From the IMG/VR virus record IMGVR_UViG_3300045988_053705, positions 1-44,725 of that record: a stretch of DNA of 44,725 bases. One strand, 5' to 3'. The notes under the pieces are model-generated. The model ran no database searches. It saw only the letters and a list, made by a program, of their open reading frames with translations, and was not told where the DNA came from. The translations under genes and the position numbers were made by a program. This stretch comes from a virus. Below are positions 1 to 9,217 of this stretch, one piece after another (the stretch's first letter is position 1; each line of letters starts with the position of its first letter).

Positions 1-119
1 GTCTGATGGTGTTGTAGAACTATTGAAAGGACTATTAAATGGAAGAATATAAGAAGAGGATTTGTGCTGGCATCAGTATGGTGCTTGAGAAATCTGAAAA
101 GATTGGTAGAGAAAAAAGA
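1..119. repeat. Terminal direct repeat (copy 1). Bases 1..119 are identical to 44607..44725. This is either a genuine short terminal redundancy or the assembly overlap of a circular contig.
   Basis: Base-by-base comparison of the first and last 119 bases shows exact identity. The window ends exactly where the repeat ends. Confidence 0.9.
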
Positions 120-239
120 GAATGGTCTTTAGAGGAAGTAGGAGAGATGTCTGATATCGTTAAAGATATGGCAGAAGCTTTGAAAGACATTGCTAAAACA
201 CACTACTATCTGTCTGAGCACTCAATAGAAAAATTCTAG
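39..239 (+). CDS. Hypothetical small protein. It starts inside the terminal repeat and its start overlaps the stop of the 109-aa ORF across the repeat junction.
   Basis: ORF in the same orientation as the late operon. Acidic and Lys-rich. Confidence 0.35.
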   Translation: MEEYKKRICAGISMVLEKSEKIGREKREWSLEEVGEMSDIVKDMAEALKDIAKTHYYLSEHSIEKF

Positions 240-276
240 TCTTTAAAGTTTTGTATGCTAATAGGATTTAAAAGGT

Positions 277-591
277 ATGCAAAACATTTTAACAGATGTG
301 AAAACAACTATTGATACAGTAGAACAAATAAACAGCATAGGGATGACACATGGGTTGACGGCTATTTTAGCTTTCATACTTGGTGTCGTCTCTTTTGTTG
401 CATCTATGTGGAGTGTTTTTAGAAAGCTAGATAAAAGAATTGATGAGCGTATTGATGCTAGGATAAAACCTTCATTAATTCTTCTGCAAGATACTGTAAA
501 GATTGTTAAAAGTTTAGAAAAGAATACTGCAGAGATGAATGCAACCTTATCCATCCTTAGAGATATTATGATATCCCACAAAAGAACTTGA
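277..591 (+). CDS. Hypothetical protein with one predicted transmembrane helix
   Basis: ORF track. Hydrophobic stretch LTAILAFILGVVSFVASMWSVF. Co-oriented with the late operon. Confidence 0.4.
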   Translation: MQNILTDVKTTIDTVEQINSIGMTHGLTAILAFILGVVSFVASMWSVFRKLDKRIDERIDARIKPSLILLQDTVKIVKSLEKNTAEMNATLSILRDIMISHKRT

Positions 592-635
592 CAGATTTTA
601 GTGTTTATGATATAATAAAGACATAGGAGAAGTAC

Positions 636-1391
636 ATGAAACAAACATTATTAGAGATGGTACAGAGAATACTTGAGGCTATTGATGGACAGATGATAGA
701 GTCCATTGAAGATACTCGTGAAGCTATGCAAGTTGCTAGATGTGTTAAAGAAAGCTACGAACATCTGCTGTATACTAGAGACATTAAAGCTAAAGCAGAT
801 CTTGTACAGCTCCATTCAAAATCCAATCTAGAACTTCCAACAGTATTTGAAATTAATGATGACATACAACAGATAAATCTATTCAAATACTATGATGCAG
901 ATAATGAAAGATATGTTGACTTAACTTGGTTAGAGCCTGAGAAGTTCATTGATATGTGTCTTGGGAGAAATCCTACAAAAGAAAATGTACAGAATGTGAA
1001 AGACCCTTCATCTGGTATTAGATACAATGTGTATAATGACAGGGCTCCACAATACTTTACAAGCTTTAATGATAAAGAATTTGTATGTGATGCTTTTAAT
1101 AAAGAAGTTGAACACACTCTAATGGAAGAAAGAACTGTTGTGTATGCTATCAAGGCTCCTGTATTTGAACTTAATGATACTTTTATTCCTGATTTAGCAG
1201 AACAACATTTCTCTTTATTGCTTTCAACAGCTAAGGTTCAGGCTGCATATGAGCTTAATAAAGTCTTTGATCAGCTTGAGAATAACAGAGCAATGAAACA
1301 GAAAGTAACAGCTGATAAGCATGCACAACGTGTAAGAGGACAGGACGGTACCACATGGAAGAATCGAAAGAGGAATGGAAGGGTTATTTAA
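636..1391 (+). CDS. Hypothetical virion/tail-associated protein. Its position before the 833-aa protein is analogous to T7 tail tubular protein A, but no motif supports that.
   Basis: 251-aa ORF with upstream GGAGAAG ribosome-binding site. Synteny with the T7-like tail/core gene order only. Confidence 0.4.
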   Translation: MKQTLLEMVQRILEAIDGQMIESIEDTREAMQVARCVKESYEHLLYTRDIKAKADLVQLHSKSNLELPTVFEINDDIQQINLFKYYDADNERYVDLTWLEPEKFIDMCLGRNPTKENVQNVKDPSSGIRYNVYNDRAPQYFTSFNDKEFVCDAFNKEVEHTLMEERTVVYAIKAPVFELNDTFIPDLAEQHFSLLLSTAKVQAAYELNKVFDQLENNRAMKQKVTADKHAQRVRGQDGTTWKNRKRNGRVI

Positions 1392-1612
1392 TAGTTAGAT
1401 GCGGGAGATTCTGGAAGGTTCTTAATGTACATAGCTATATCGGAGGATCTTTCACAATGCTTGATAAAGCCCGTGCATACATAGATGCTATTACTGTAGA
1501 TAAGAACCATAAAGAATTTAAAAGAAAACTTAAAGAGATTAGAAAAGAACCTAATATCGCTAAAAGAACTAGGGAATATAAAAAACTATGCCAGACTCAC
1601 AAGTCTTTATAG
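1355..1612 (+). CDS. Hypothetical small protein. It overlaps the end of the previous gene, so the true start is probably internal.
   Basis: ORF track only. Confidence 0.3.
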   Translation: MEESKEEWKGYLIVRCGRFWKVLNVHSYIGGSFTMLDKARAYIDAITVDKNHKEFKRKLKEIRKEPNIAKRTREYKKLCQTHKSL

Positions 1613-4089
1613 CACCTTTTATTGGTGGATTGAATACTGAAACAAGCTCTATTCAAGATGCTCCTCTGAATACTTCTGATGAACTTAACTGTTCAATTTA
1701 TCCTGAAGGTATTAGAGGTAGACGCTACGGTATTACAATCGAAAGAGATGGACAAAGCTTTGAAGTGCCTGAAGAGACTCAATCATCTTATTCAGGATTC
1801 TATTGGAAGAACGTAGGAAAGACTGCTAAAGATCTTATTGTACAGCAGGCAGGTTCTCATTTGTATTTCTATGATGCTAGTACCAAACCCTTCAGTAAAA
1901 GTAAAGAGCCTGATTCAGTAGACTTATCAAAGTATGTAACAGATACTGCAAACTTCTACAGCTATCCAGTAAACTATTCTTCTGGTGATGGTAAGCTAAT
2001 GGTTGTGTCTAAGTATATGAAGCCTTTATATATATCTTATGACTTTGATAATCAAGAATTTAAAGTAGATATCATAAGCCTTAAGTACAGAGACTTAGAA
2101 GGACTTGATGATGGTCTTAAAGTAGATGCACAACCTACTGATTTATCTGATGAACACGAATACAATCTTTTAAATCAAGGATGGACACGTCAACAGATAG
2201 AAGCATTCCATACAAAGGTCTCTAGATACCCTTCTAATAACCTTCAATGGTTTATTGGTAAGGATGATTCAGGTGCTTTTAATACAGAGAAACTATTAGC
2301 AACTTACTTTGGAAATACACCAGCTCCTAAAGGACATTACATACTTGATTACTTTGATAGAGATAGAGGGTCTGCATCAGGTATTCTTTTAGGAACTGCT
2401 AGACAAGCTTCCTACAGTCTTAATCAGAACTGGGGATACTCTTCTAGAAGTTGGCATGTGTCCCCTATTCGTAATATATCTGTAGTTATTCCTTCATCAG
2501 TAGGTACTTCAAAGACCTGTGTAGTAAACTTCTCAACATTAATTACAAAGCTTGCTAAAGCTTCTTTAGGTACCTATAGAGGTAATGCAAGAATGAAGAT
2601 ATGGGGTCTTAAAGAAGGTAACTGGATTGAAGTATTCTCCGATGTACACTATTTCTCAGGCCCCGAAATATATACTTTAGAATATCCTACTAATGATACT
2701 GCATATGAACAGTACAAATTCACTGCAGAGTTTTATGATGGAGCTACTACAAGTGATGCAGGAGGTTGTCCTACACAGTTAACAGTATCTTTGCAGCTAG
2801 CTATTACAGAAGATGGTAACCCTTTCCCGTACACTCACGGACTTGATATGATTGCTGATGTAGCTTACATGTCTGGTAAATACTTTTATCTTTCTGGTGA
2901 TACTGTGTTATTCTCTCAGACCATTAAAGAGGATAGTAGTGGCTTTGATAAATGCTATCAAGATGCTGATCCAACTTCTGAAGAGATATCAGATCTTTTA
3001 CCAACTGACGGAGGCTATGTAAAATTTCAAACAATGGGTGATGGTATAGCCTTAGAAGTATTTAATAGAGGTGTGATAGTCTTTGGTAGAGATATTGTGT
3101 TTGGTCTTATCAGTCCCTCTACAGGTAGATTTACAGCTACTGAATATGATACTGTAGAGCTATCCAGAGCAGGTATTATAGGTCCTAGAACAGTTGTACA
3201 AGCTAATAACGTAGTCTACTACTGGTCTCCTTTAGGTATCTTTTCTATAGGCATTAACTACAATACCGACAATATCTTAACAGCTTCTAACATCTCTCAG
3301 AATACTATTCAAAGTTTTTATAATGATCTTCCTAAGTATTCTAAAGAACACTGTCAAGCTTCCTTTGACTACGTTAATAACAGAATTTACTGGTTCTATC
3401 CTTTAGATGTAGAAGATCTTTCAAAGCTTAATGGTTGTCTTGTGTATGATCTTACATATAATGCTCTCTATCCTTTAAAGATATCTGATGGAGGAAAAGT
3501 AGTAGCTGTGTTCAATACTGTTGACAGCTTTGAAATTCAACCTACACAATATGTAAGAGCTAATGGTGCTCGTGTTATAGCAGGTGGTAAATATGTAATA
3601 GCACAAGAGCAAGTAAATGACTACAACAGATATGTAGCAATACAACACAATATCATTACAGAAGATGGTAAGTTATCTTTTGGAGACTTTAATAGCAGAG
3701 AGTTTATTGATTGGGATACTAATGGATACGATAGTTATATGGTGTCTAAGCCTATTGTGTTGCAGGATACATACTTGAATAAGCAAGTTCCAATACTTCA
3801 AACATTATTTAAGAGAACTGAAGAGAGAGAATTAAGAACACCTAGAACATACTTAGCAGCTTCTGGTGCATATTTAAGAATGAGATGGGGCTGGTCAATG
3901 GATTCTAAAAGTAATAGATGGGATCTTATTCAGAATTCTTACAGACCTCAAAAGGATTTCTTGAATGATGAATACGTAGAATCTAGAATACATGTAAGAG
4001 GAAGAGGTAAAAGCTTTCAAATAGAAGTACGTAATGATTCTAATAAAGATTTTAAATTAGCTGGCATTAATTTATTAGTGAGACAATAA
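1588..4089 (+). CDS. Large virion protein, putatively a tail tubular/nozzle protein (T7 gp12-like by size and position)
   Basis: 833-aa ORF in the structural operon, followed by the Gly/Ala-rich and giant proteins as in the T7 gp12-gp14-gp15/16 arrangement. No motif-level confirmation. Confidence 0.45.
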   Translation: MPDSQVFIAPFIGGLNTETSSIQDAPLNTSDELNCSIYPEGIRGRRYGITIERDGQSFEVPEETQSSYSGFYWKNVGKTAKDLIVQQAGSHLYFYDASTKPFSKSKEPDSVDLSKYVTDTANFYSYPVNYSSGDGKLMVVSKYMKPLYISYDFDNQEFKVDIISLKYRDLEGLDDGLKVDAQPTDLSDEHEYNLLNQGWTRQQIEAFHTKVSRYPSNNLQWFIGKDDSGAFNTEKLLATYFGNTPAPKGHYILDYFDRDRGSASGILLGTARQASYSLNQNWGYSSRSWHVSPIRNISVVIPSSVGTSKTCVVNFSTLITKLAKASLGTYRGNARMKIWGLKEGNWIEVFSDVHYFSGPEIYTLEYPTNDTAYEQYKFTAEFYDGATTSDAGGCPTQLTVSLQLAITEDGNPFPYTHGLDMIADVAYMSGKYFYLSGDTVLFSQTIKEDSSGFDKCYQDADPTSEEISDLLPTDGGYVKFQTMGDGIALEVFNRGVIVFGRDIVFGLISPSTGRFTATEYDTVELSRAGIIGPRTVVQANNVVYYWSPLGIFSIGINYNTDNILTASNISQNTIQSFYNDLPKYSKEHCQASFDYVNNRIYWFYPLDVEDLSKLNGCLVYDLTYNALYPLKISDGGKVVAVFNTVDSFEIQPTQYVRANGARVIAGGKYVIAQEQVNDYNRYVAIQHNIITEDGKLSFGDFNSREFIDWDTNGYDSYMVSKPIVLQDTYLNKQVPILQTLFKRTEERELRTPRTYLAASGAYLRMRWGWSMDSKSNRWDLIQNSYRPQKDFLNDEYVESRIHVRGRGKSFQIEVRNDSNKDFKLAGINLLVRQ

Positions 4090-4745
4090 TGGGAATATAT
4101 AGTAGTGGTAGTAAATGGAGAAGGAGAGCTCAAGGTGCTGAAGCTGAAGCAGTAGCTCTACAAAAGGAACAGCAGTATGAAGAGTTTGGTAGAAACTTGT
4201 TAGCTAATATCAGACAGGAAAGACTTGCTAGAGCAGAGCTTGCTACAACCAGTCAATCAGATTTTGCTACATCTTCTTCAGCTATTGGAGCTATGTCTAA
4301 TATTGACAGTTCCTTAGCAGGTGAAATGGGATACTCTTATCAGTCCTCATTAAGAATGCAGAGGATCTCTGATCTACAACAGCAAGCTAATGAATATTAT
4401 AAGAAGTATCAGAAGCAACAGAGAACAAGATCATTGGCTTTCCAAACAACTGGTATAGTAGCTGGAGCAGCTGCTGGAGGATTGTTGGCACCAGTTGGAG
4501 CAGGTCTTGGAGGTGCTGCTGCAGGTGCTGGAATAGGTCAAGGTGTAGGCCAAGTAGCTACTGGAGATTATGCTACAGGTGTTTCTAATATGCTTCAAGG
4601 TGCTTTCAGATACGCAGGCTTAAGAGGCAAAGCACCTATTAATATTCCGGTTGATAACTCTAGATACCTTAATGCTTCTACAGGTGGTGTTGGTTCAAGA
4701 TCTAATGTAAGTAACTCTAATGGGATTTGGATATGGAAAGATTAA
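4089..4745 (+). CDS. Gly/Ala-rich internal virion protein (T7 gp14-like by position)
   Basis: 218 aa. Low-complexity GAAAGGLLAPVGAGLGGAAAGAGIGQG segment. ATGA start-stop overlap with the upstream gene. Confidence 0.5.
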   Translation: MGIYSSGSKWRRRAQGAEAEAVALQKEQQYEEFGRNLLANIRQERLARAELATTSQSDFATSSSAIGAMSNIDSSLAGEMGYSYQSSLRMQRISDLQQQANEYYKKYQKQQRTRSLAFQTTGIVAGAAAGGLLAPVGAGLGGAAAGAGIGQGVGQVATGDYATGVSNMLQGAFRYAGLRGKAPINIPVDNSRYLNASTGGVGSRSNVSNSNGIWIWKD

Positions 4746-7700
4746 CTTTAGGAAATGCTGCAGAAGAATCACGTGTAAACTTTAATGTAACTTCTGAAGA
4801 TATGCCACAGTCTCAGAGAGAGCGGGAATATGAACTGCAACAGAGAGCTGGTGTTAGTCCTTCAGCAAACTTTAAAGGAGTAAGAGCACAGTTAGCACAG
4901 CGGCAAGTAGCAGATGAATTAGATATTCTTTATAGAGCTTCAGAGAGTGCTATGTTAGAAGGTGCAGAGCCTGCTAATGTTACTGAAGCAGTACAAAACT
5001 ATGCATTAAAAGCTTCTGTGGATGATGAAGATATATCTTTAGAGAGAGAAGCAGCAATAAACAGCATAGCAGAAGCTTACAATGAAGATGAGCAGACGGC
5101 TATTAATGCTGCTAATAGTGCATTTACAGAAGATCAGCTAGATGCATTAGCCAAAGCAGAGATTATTGAGAGCTGGAGACAGAAGAATATAGAGAAAGCA
5201 GAGAACTCAAGAGACTGGAAACGCTTTGGTAAGATGTTGAGCAATCCTTTAGAATACAAACCTGAAGCAGGAGATTTAGATACTCTTGCATATGCTGGTG
5301 AAACTGCCATAAGAACTCTTATACCTGCATTAGGTGCTAACATCTTAGACAGTAATGTGTTCCCTTTTGGTAAAGAGTCTGCAATAGAGCTTTCATCAGA
5401 TACTATCAGAAATAGACAGAAGAAATATATCTGGGATTATGCCAATTCTCATAGCCAACAAGAGCTTAAACAGTTCCTTGATCAGGTAGATGAGTATATG
5501 TGGAAGAAATCTTGGGCTGGTCCTGCCACTATTAATGCCTTTATGCAAGAATTTAACACCAATCCCAATACTCTTAATGACTTCTTTGGAGGATTTGAAG
5601 TAGCTACACCAGTTATTAGAGCTGTTAATAATTCTATTAGAGCTGCTAAAGCTGCTGGTAAAGTAACACAAGCTAAGACAGGTATCATCACAGCTGTTAA
5701 AGAAGGTGATAGAGCTGCAGTAGTTGAGGAGTATGTGTTACCTAATGCTCTTAAACCTTTCCAAGGCAGTATGACTACAAGTTACAGCAAGAAAATAGAG
5801 GCTGAAGTAGCTGATGTACTGGCTGATAGAGAAGCTATGGAGATCATTAATAAGACTAGAGCGGCTGGTGTTATGGATGATGAAGAACTCTTTGTAAATA
5901 GAGAATTGTTTAAGGAAAACTTCAAAGCACTCTATGGTAAAGAGCTTAATGATCTTGCAGATGTTAATGCTATAGATCTTGTACAAGGTCCTTCAGGAGA
6001 AACATTAGTAGCTGTTGATATTGGTACAGGTATGGATGGTAGTCATGCAATGGATGAAGCAGCTGCATACTTTAAAGCTAAGAAACTTGGATTGCCTGAA
6101 GGAAGCTTTACTGTAGCTCACACAGATGGCGAAGGCTTCTTCATTAGATATATGCAACCTTTAAAAGATGAAGACTTTACACCTATTGAAGGAGCTATTA
6201 AAGACTTCAAAGCTAAAGGATTTACTCGTATGTTCGCTGGTGCTGGTATAAGTACTAGCAAAAGATTTCAAGAAAGAGTTGTTGAAGCCGCTAGAAAAGA
6301 AGTTGTATTAAGAGCAAAGCTTGATGAGAAGTATGGTAAGTCTCTCAGATCTCTTAATAAGCATGAAGCTGATTCTTTAGATGATTTATACGTTAAGGGC
6401 CAACAAGCTAATGAAGGTAAAGGTGCATGGTTTTCACCAGATCAATTAGAAGATATGGGTGTATCTGAAAAAGTTAAGAAAGCCTACTATGACTTTAAAC
6501 ACTTATCTGATGCAGACTACATCATTAATAACGATAAGCTTGTAAGAACTTTAACAAGAGAAGGTTATCAGCTGTATGGAGATAACATCATAGGCAAGCG
6601 TATTAACATTGATGATATCACTGAAGATGTCTATGATACTATGAAAATCAAAGACTTAGATACAACTAAGATGCCCTTTGAAGACTTTAAGAATCTTGCA
6701 AAAGATAAAGTAATTGTTAAAGGTCTCAGTATTTCAAGCACTAAAGATAACTTTAATTACGCTTTGATTAATCCTGAAGAGCTTAAAGAAGGCCCATTGC
6801 CTCGTTTCTTATTGAACTATCAAGGTGGTGGAAGACGTGCGTATACTTTTGGCAATATGTATGTGCAGAATGGTAGAACTTTTTATGGTAATAAGAATAT
6901 CTATAATGGCCCTGCTAAAACCTTAAGAGCTGGTACAAATAGAAAAGCTTTGCAACAGTATGTAGATGAAGGCAATAGAGCTATTAGAATCTACAGAGCT
7001 GCTAAAGAAGATGGTGACATTGCAACAGCTGCTAGAAGAATAGCACAAGCACAGTTCAAGTACTTTAATGTTGAAACTTGGGAAGACCTTGACAATATTA
7101 TGAAGACCTTTATAGATCCTTCTCATGACTTGCAACTGCTTGAAGAAGGCGGTAAGTATGTGTACAACAATACTTTAAAGAGTATTGATCAAGCTGGTGT
7201 TAGTTCTACTGATGCTCTCTATGAACTTGCTAGGGCTAGAGATAGATACTTTAATGAACGTGGAGCTTTGTTAGACTCCTTAAATGGTGATCACGCTCCT
7301 ATCAAAAGTATCTTTGAGATCTATGATAAGACTCTTGCCAAAGCTGCATACACTAATACTATTGATGAAGCTGAACAATGGATGGCAAAAGAATTTGATA
7401 GAAACTTTAGACAGTTTATTGATACTCGTTACTGGGATAGTACTGGTAAAACTTCTTTAGATACTCTTAGAGATGCCCCTTTAATGAAGATAGATGAAGC
7501 TCCTGAAGGTATGAGAGATGGTATCAGAGCTGCTATGCGTTTCAGAGATCGTTACAATATCTTTGCTATGGCTGAAACACCAGCTGATAAATACATTAAG
7601 CATGTCTTAACCTGGACTGCAAGAGGCTTGAGCAATGTTGGTGAGAAAATAAGCATACCTAGAGATGCTAAAGCATGGCAGAAGTTAGCTGACACAAGAC

Positions 7701-9217
7701 CTGATCAATTTATGACAGGCATTGGTTTCCATTTTGCTATGGGCATATACAATACTGCACAGTTTATGAAGCAGTCTTTTGGTGTTCTTACTAAGCTTGC
7801 AATTCATCCTGTTCATGGCTCTCATGCATTGCTAGCATCTCCCTTTGTATCTATGGCTTATGCTTTTAAAGACTCCAATAAGTTTATGAAAGAGACAGCT
7901 AATGTTTTGAACAGACTTATTGGAATTTCTAGAAAAGATCTTGATAGATTCTTCGAGTATTGTGATTGGTATGGTTCTTTTAAAGTACAGGATCTTAGAC
8001 CAGGTATGTCAAGAGAGCATGCAGATATGCTAAGACGTGCTAGATTTATTACTAAGAACTCTACAATGTTTGCAAATGCTGGTAACAAGATAGATTACTT
8101 TGTATCAGATCTTACATCGTTCTTATCAAATCCTAAAGCATCATTTGCAGAGATTGCACAACACTCTGATGATCTTTATATTAACATGAGTAGGTTTGAT
8201 ATCAGTAAGATGCAGGCTTCTGCTGGTGTTTTGCAACAGTGGTTAACATATCCTGCACGTATGACTGAAGCATTATTCAATACAAGACTTACTAAAGCAC
8301 AACGTATAAGACTTGCAACAAGTCAGTTAGCTTTATGGGGTGTTGGTGGAACTCTTGGAGCTGAAGTAGGATTGAATGCCTATAGATTCTTTACAGAGAA
8401 TACAGATATACCTGAAGAAGTAGCAAATGATATTAGTAATGGTCTATTAACAAATCTTGCTAGGGCTCATGGCTATGATCTTCAAGAGGGTCTGGGTTTA
8501 TTAGATACTATCGATACTTACTTCAATATCTTTAATACAGATAAAGGTCTGTTAGAGTTGAATATGCCAGGTCTTAAGACAGGAGGACAGCTTGCATCAG
8601 TTTATAACGCTGTTAAAGAAGTCTTTGCACCTGCTACGGATGTGCCCAGTCTTAATACATGGCTTGTTAATAGAGCTTCTGATAGATCTGCACCAGCATC
8701 ATTAAGAAACATCTCCAATGCTGTATTAGGTGCAAAGACAGGACAGATGTATGATAGCAATAGACAGCTTATAAGAGACAATGTGAGTACTCAAGATATT
8801 GTTATGCGTCTCATAGGCTTTAAAGATATTAATGAAGAGCGTGTACACCTTAATAAGTATGTGCTTAGAGACTATAGAGAAGAAATATCAGAAGCAGCTA
8901 AAAGTCTTAAACCTTTTATGGATCAGTTAGTAGACTATAGAAGCATGGGCAAGTATGAAGACTCTGCTGCTATGACTGATGACTACTGGAAAGTATGGGA
9001 GAACTATAAGAAAGCCTTTGGTGAAGCTAAATCAAAGATCACATACAATCATTTAGAGTATCAGAATGCAGTTGACTTTGATCTTACACAGGCTGTAGAG
9101 AAATTCTATAGACTTCCTACAACAACTGCTGAAGTGTCTGAGAAAAATATGCAGGATGTCACAGGTCTTAGAAAAGTTATTAGAGATTATTTGTTAATGA
9201 AAGAAGGACAAAAGTAA
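4727..9217 (+). CDS. Giant internal virion (core/ejection) protein, 1496 aa
   Basis: Single uninterrupted 4.5 kb ORF in the late operon, consistent in size and position with the gp16-class proteins of T7-like podoviruses. All antisense ORFs inside it are short. Confidence 0.65.
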   Translation: MDMERLTLGNAAEESRVNFNVTSEDMPQSQREREYELQQRAGVSPSANFKGVRAQLAQRQVADELDILYRASESAMLEGAEPANVTEAVQNYALKASVDDEDISLEREAAINSIAEAYNEDEQTAINAANSAFTEDQLDALAKAEIIESWRQKNIEKAENSRDWKRFGKMLSNPLEYKPEAGDLDTLAYAGETAIRTLIPALGANILDSNVFPFGKESAIELSSDTIRNRQKKYIWDYANSHSQQELKQFLDQVDEYMWKKSWAGPATINAFMQEFNTNPNTLNDFFGGFEVATPVIRAVNNSIRAAKAAGKVTQAKTGIITAVKEGDRAAVVEEYVLPNALKPFQGSMTTSYSKKIEAEVADVLADREAMEIINKTRAAGVMDDEELFVNRELFKENFKALYGKELNDLADVNAIDLVQGPSGETLVAVDIGTGMDGSHAMDEAAAYFKAKKLGLPEGSFTVAHTDGEGFFIRYMQPLKDEDFTPIEGAIKDFKAKGFTRMFAGAGISTSKRFQERVVEAARKEVVLRAKLDEKYGKSLRSLNKHEADSLDDLYVKGQQANEGKGAWFSPDQLEDMGVSEKVKKAYYDFKHLSDADYIINNDKLVRTLTREGYQLYGDNIIGKRINIDDITEDVYDTMKIKDLDTTKMPFEDFKNLAKDKVIVKGLSISSTKDNFNYALINPEELKEGPLPRFLLNYQGGGRRAYTFGNMYVQNGRTFYGNKNIYNGPAKTLRAGTNRKALQQYVDEGNRAIRIYRAAKEDGDIATAARRIAQAQFKYFNVETWEDLDNIMKTFIDPSHDLQLLEEGGKYVYNNTLKSIDQAGVSSTDALYELARARDRYFNERGALLDSLNGDHAPIKSIFEIYDKTLAKAAYTNTIDEAEQWMAKEFDRNFRQFIDTRYWDSTGKTSLDTLRDAPLMKIDEAPEGMRDGIRAAMRFRDRYNIFAMAETPADKYIKHVLTWTARGLSNVGEKISIPRDAKAWQKLADTRPDQFMTGIGFHFAMGIYNTAQFMKQSFGVLTKLAIHPVHGSHALLASPFVSMAYAFKDSNKFMKETANVLNRLIGISRKDLDRFFEYCDWYGSFKVQDLRPGMSREHADMLRRARFITKNSTMFANAGNKIDYFVSDLTSFLSNPKASFAEIAQHSDDLYINMSRFDISKMQASAGVLQQWLTYPARMTEALFNTRLTKAQRIRLATSQLALWGVGGTLGAEVGLNAYRFFTENTDIPEEVANDISNGLLTNLARAHGYDLQEGLGLLDTIDTYFNIFNTDKGLLELNMPGLKTGGQLASVYNAVKEVFAPATDVPSLNTWLVNRASDRSAPASLRNISNAVLGAKTGQMYDSNRQLIRDNVSTQDIVMRLIGFKDINEERVHLNKYVLRDYREEISEAAKSLKPFMDQLVDYRSMGKYEDSAAMTDDYWKVWENYKKAFGEAKSKITYNHLEYQNAVDFDLTQAVEKFYRLPTTTAEVSEKNMQDVTGLRKVIRDYLLMKEGQK

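Noticed and set aside
258-644. Minus-strand ORFs overlapping plus-strand late genes (258..644, 890..1153, 5134..5343, 5396..5691, 5738..5986, 6923..7135, 7858..8088, 9583..9894, 11217..11501 and others)
   Set aside because: Each lies antisense within a longer, better-supported gene of the late operon and has AT-rich low-complexity composition with no ribosome-binding site. They are most likely spurious.
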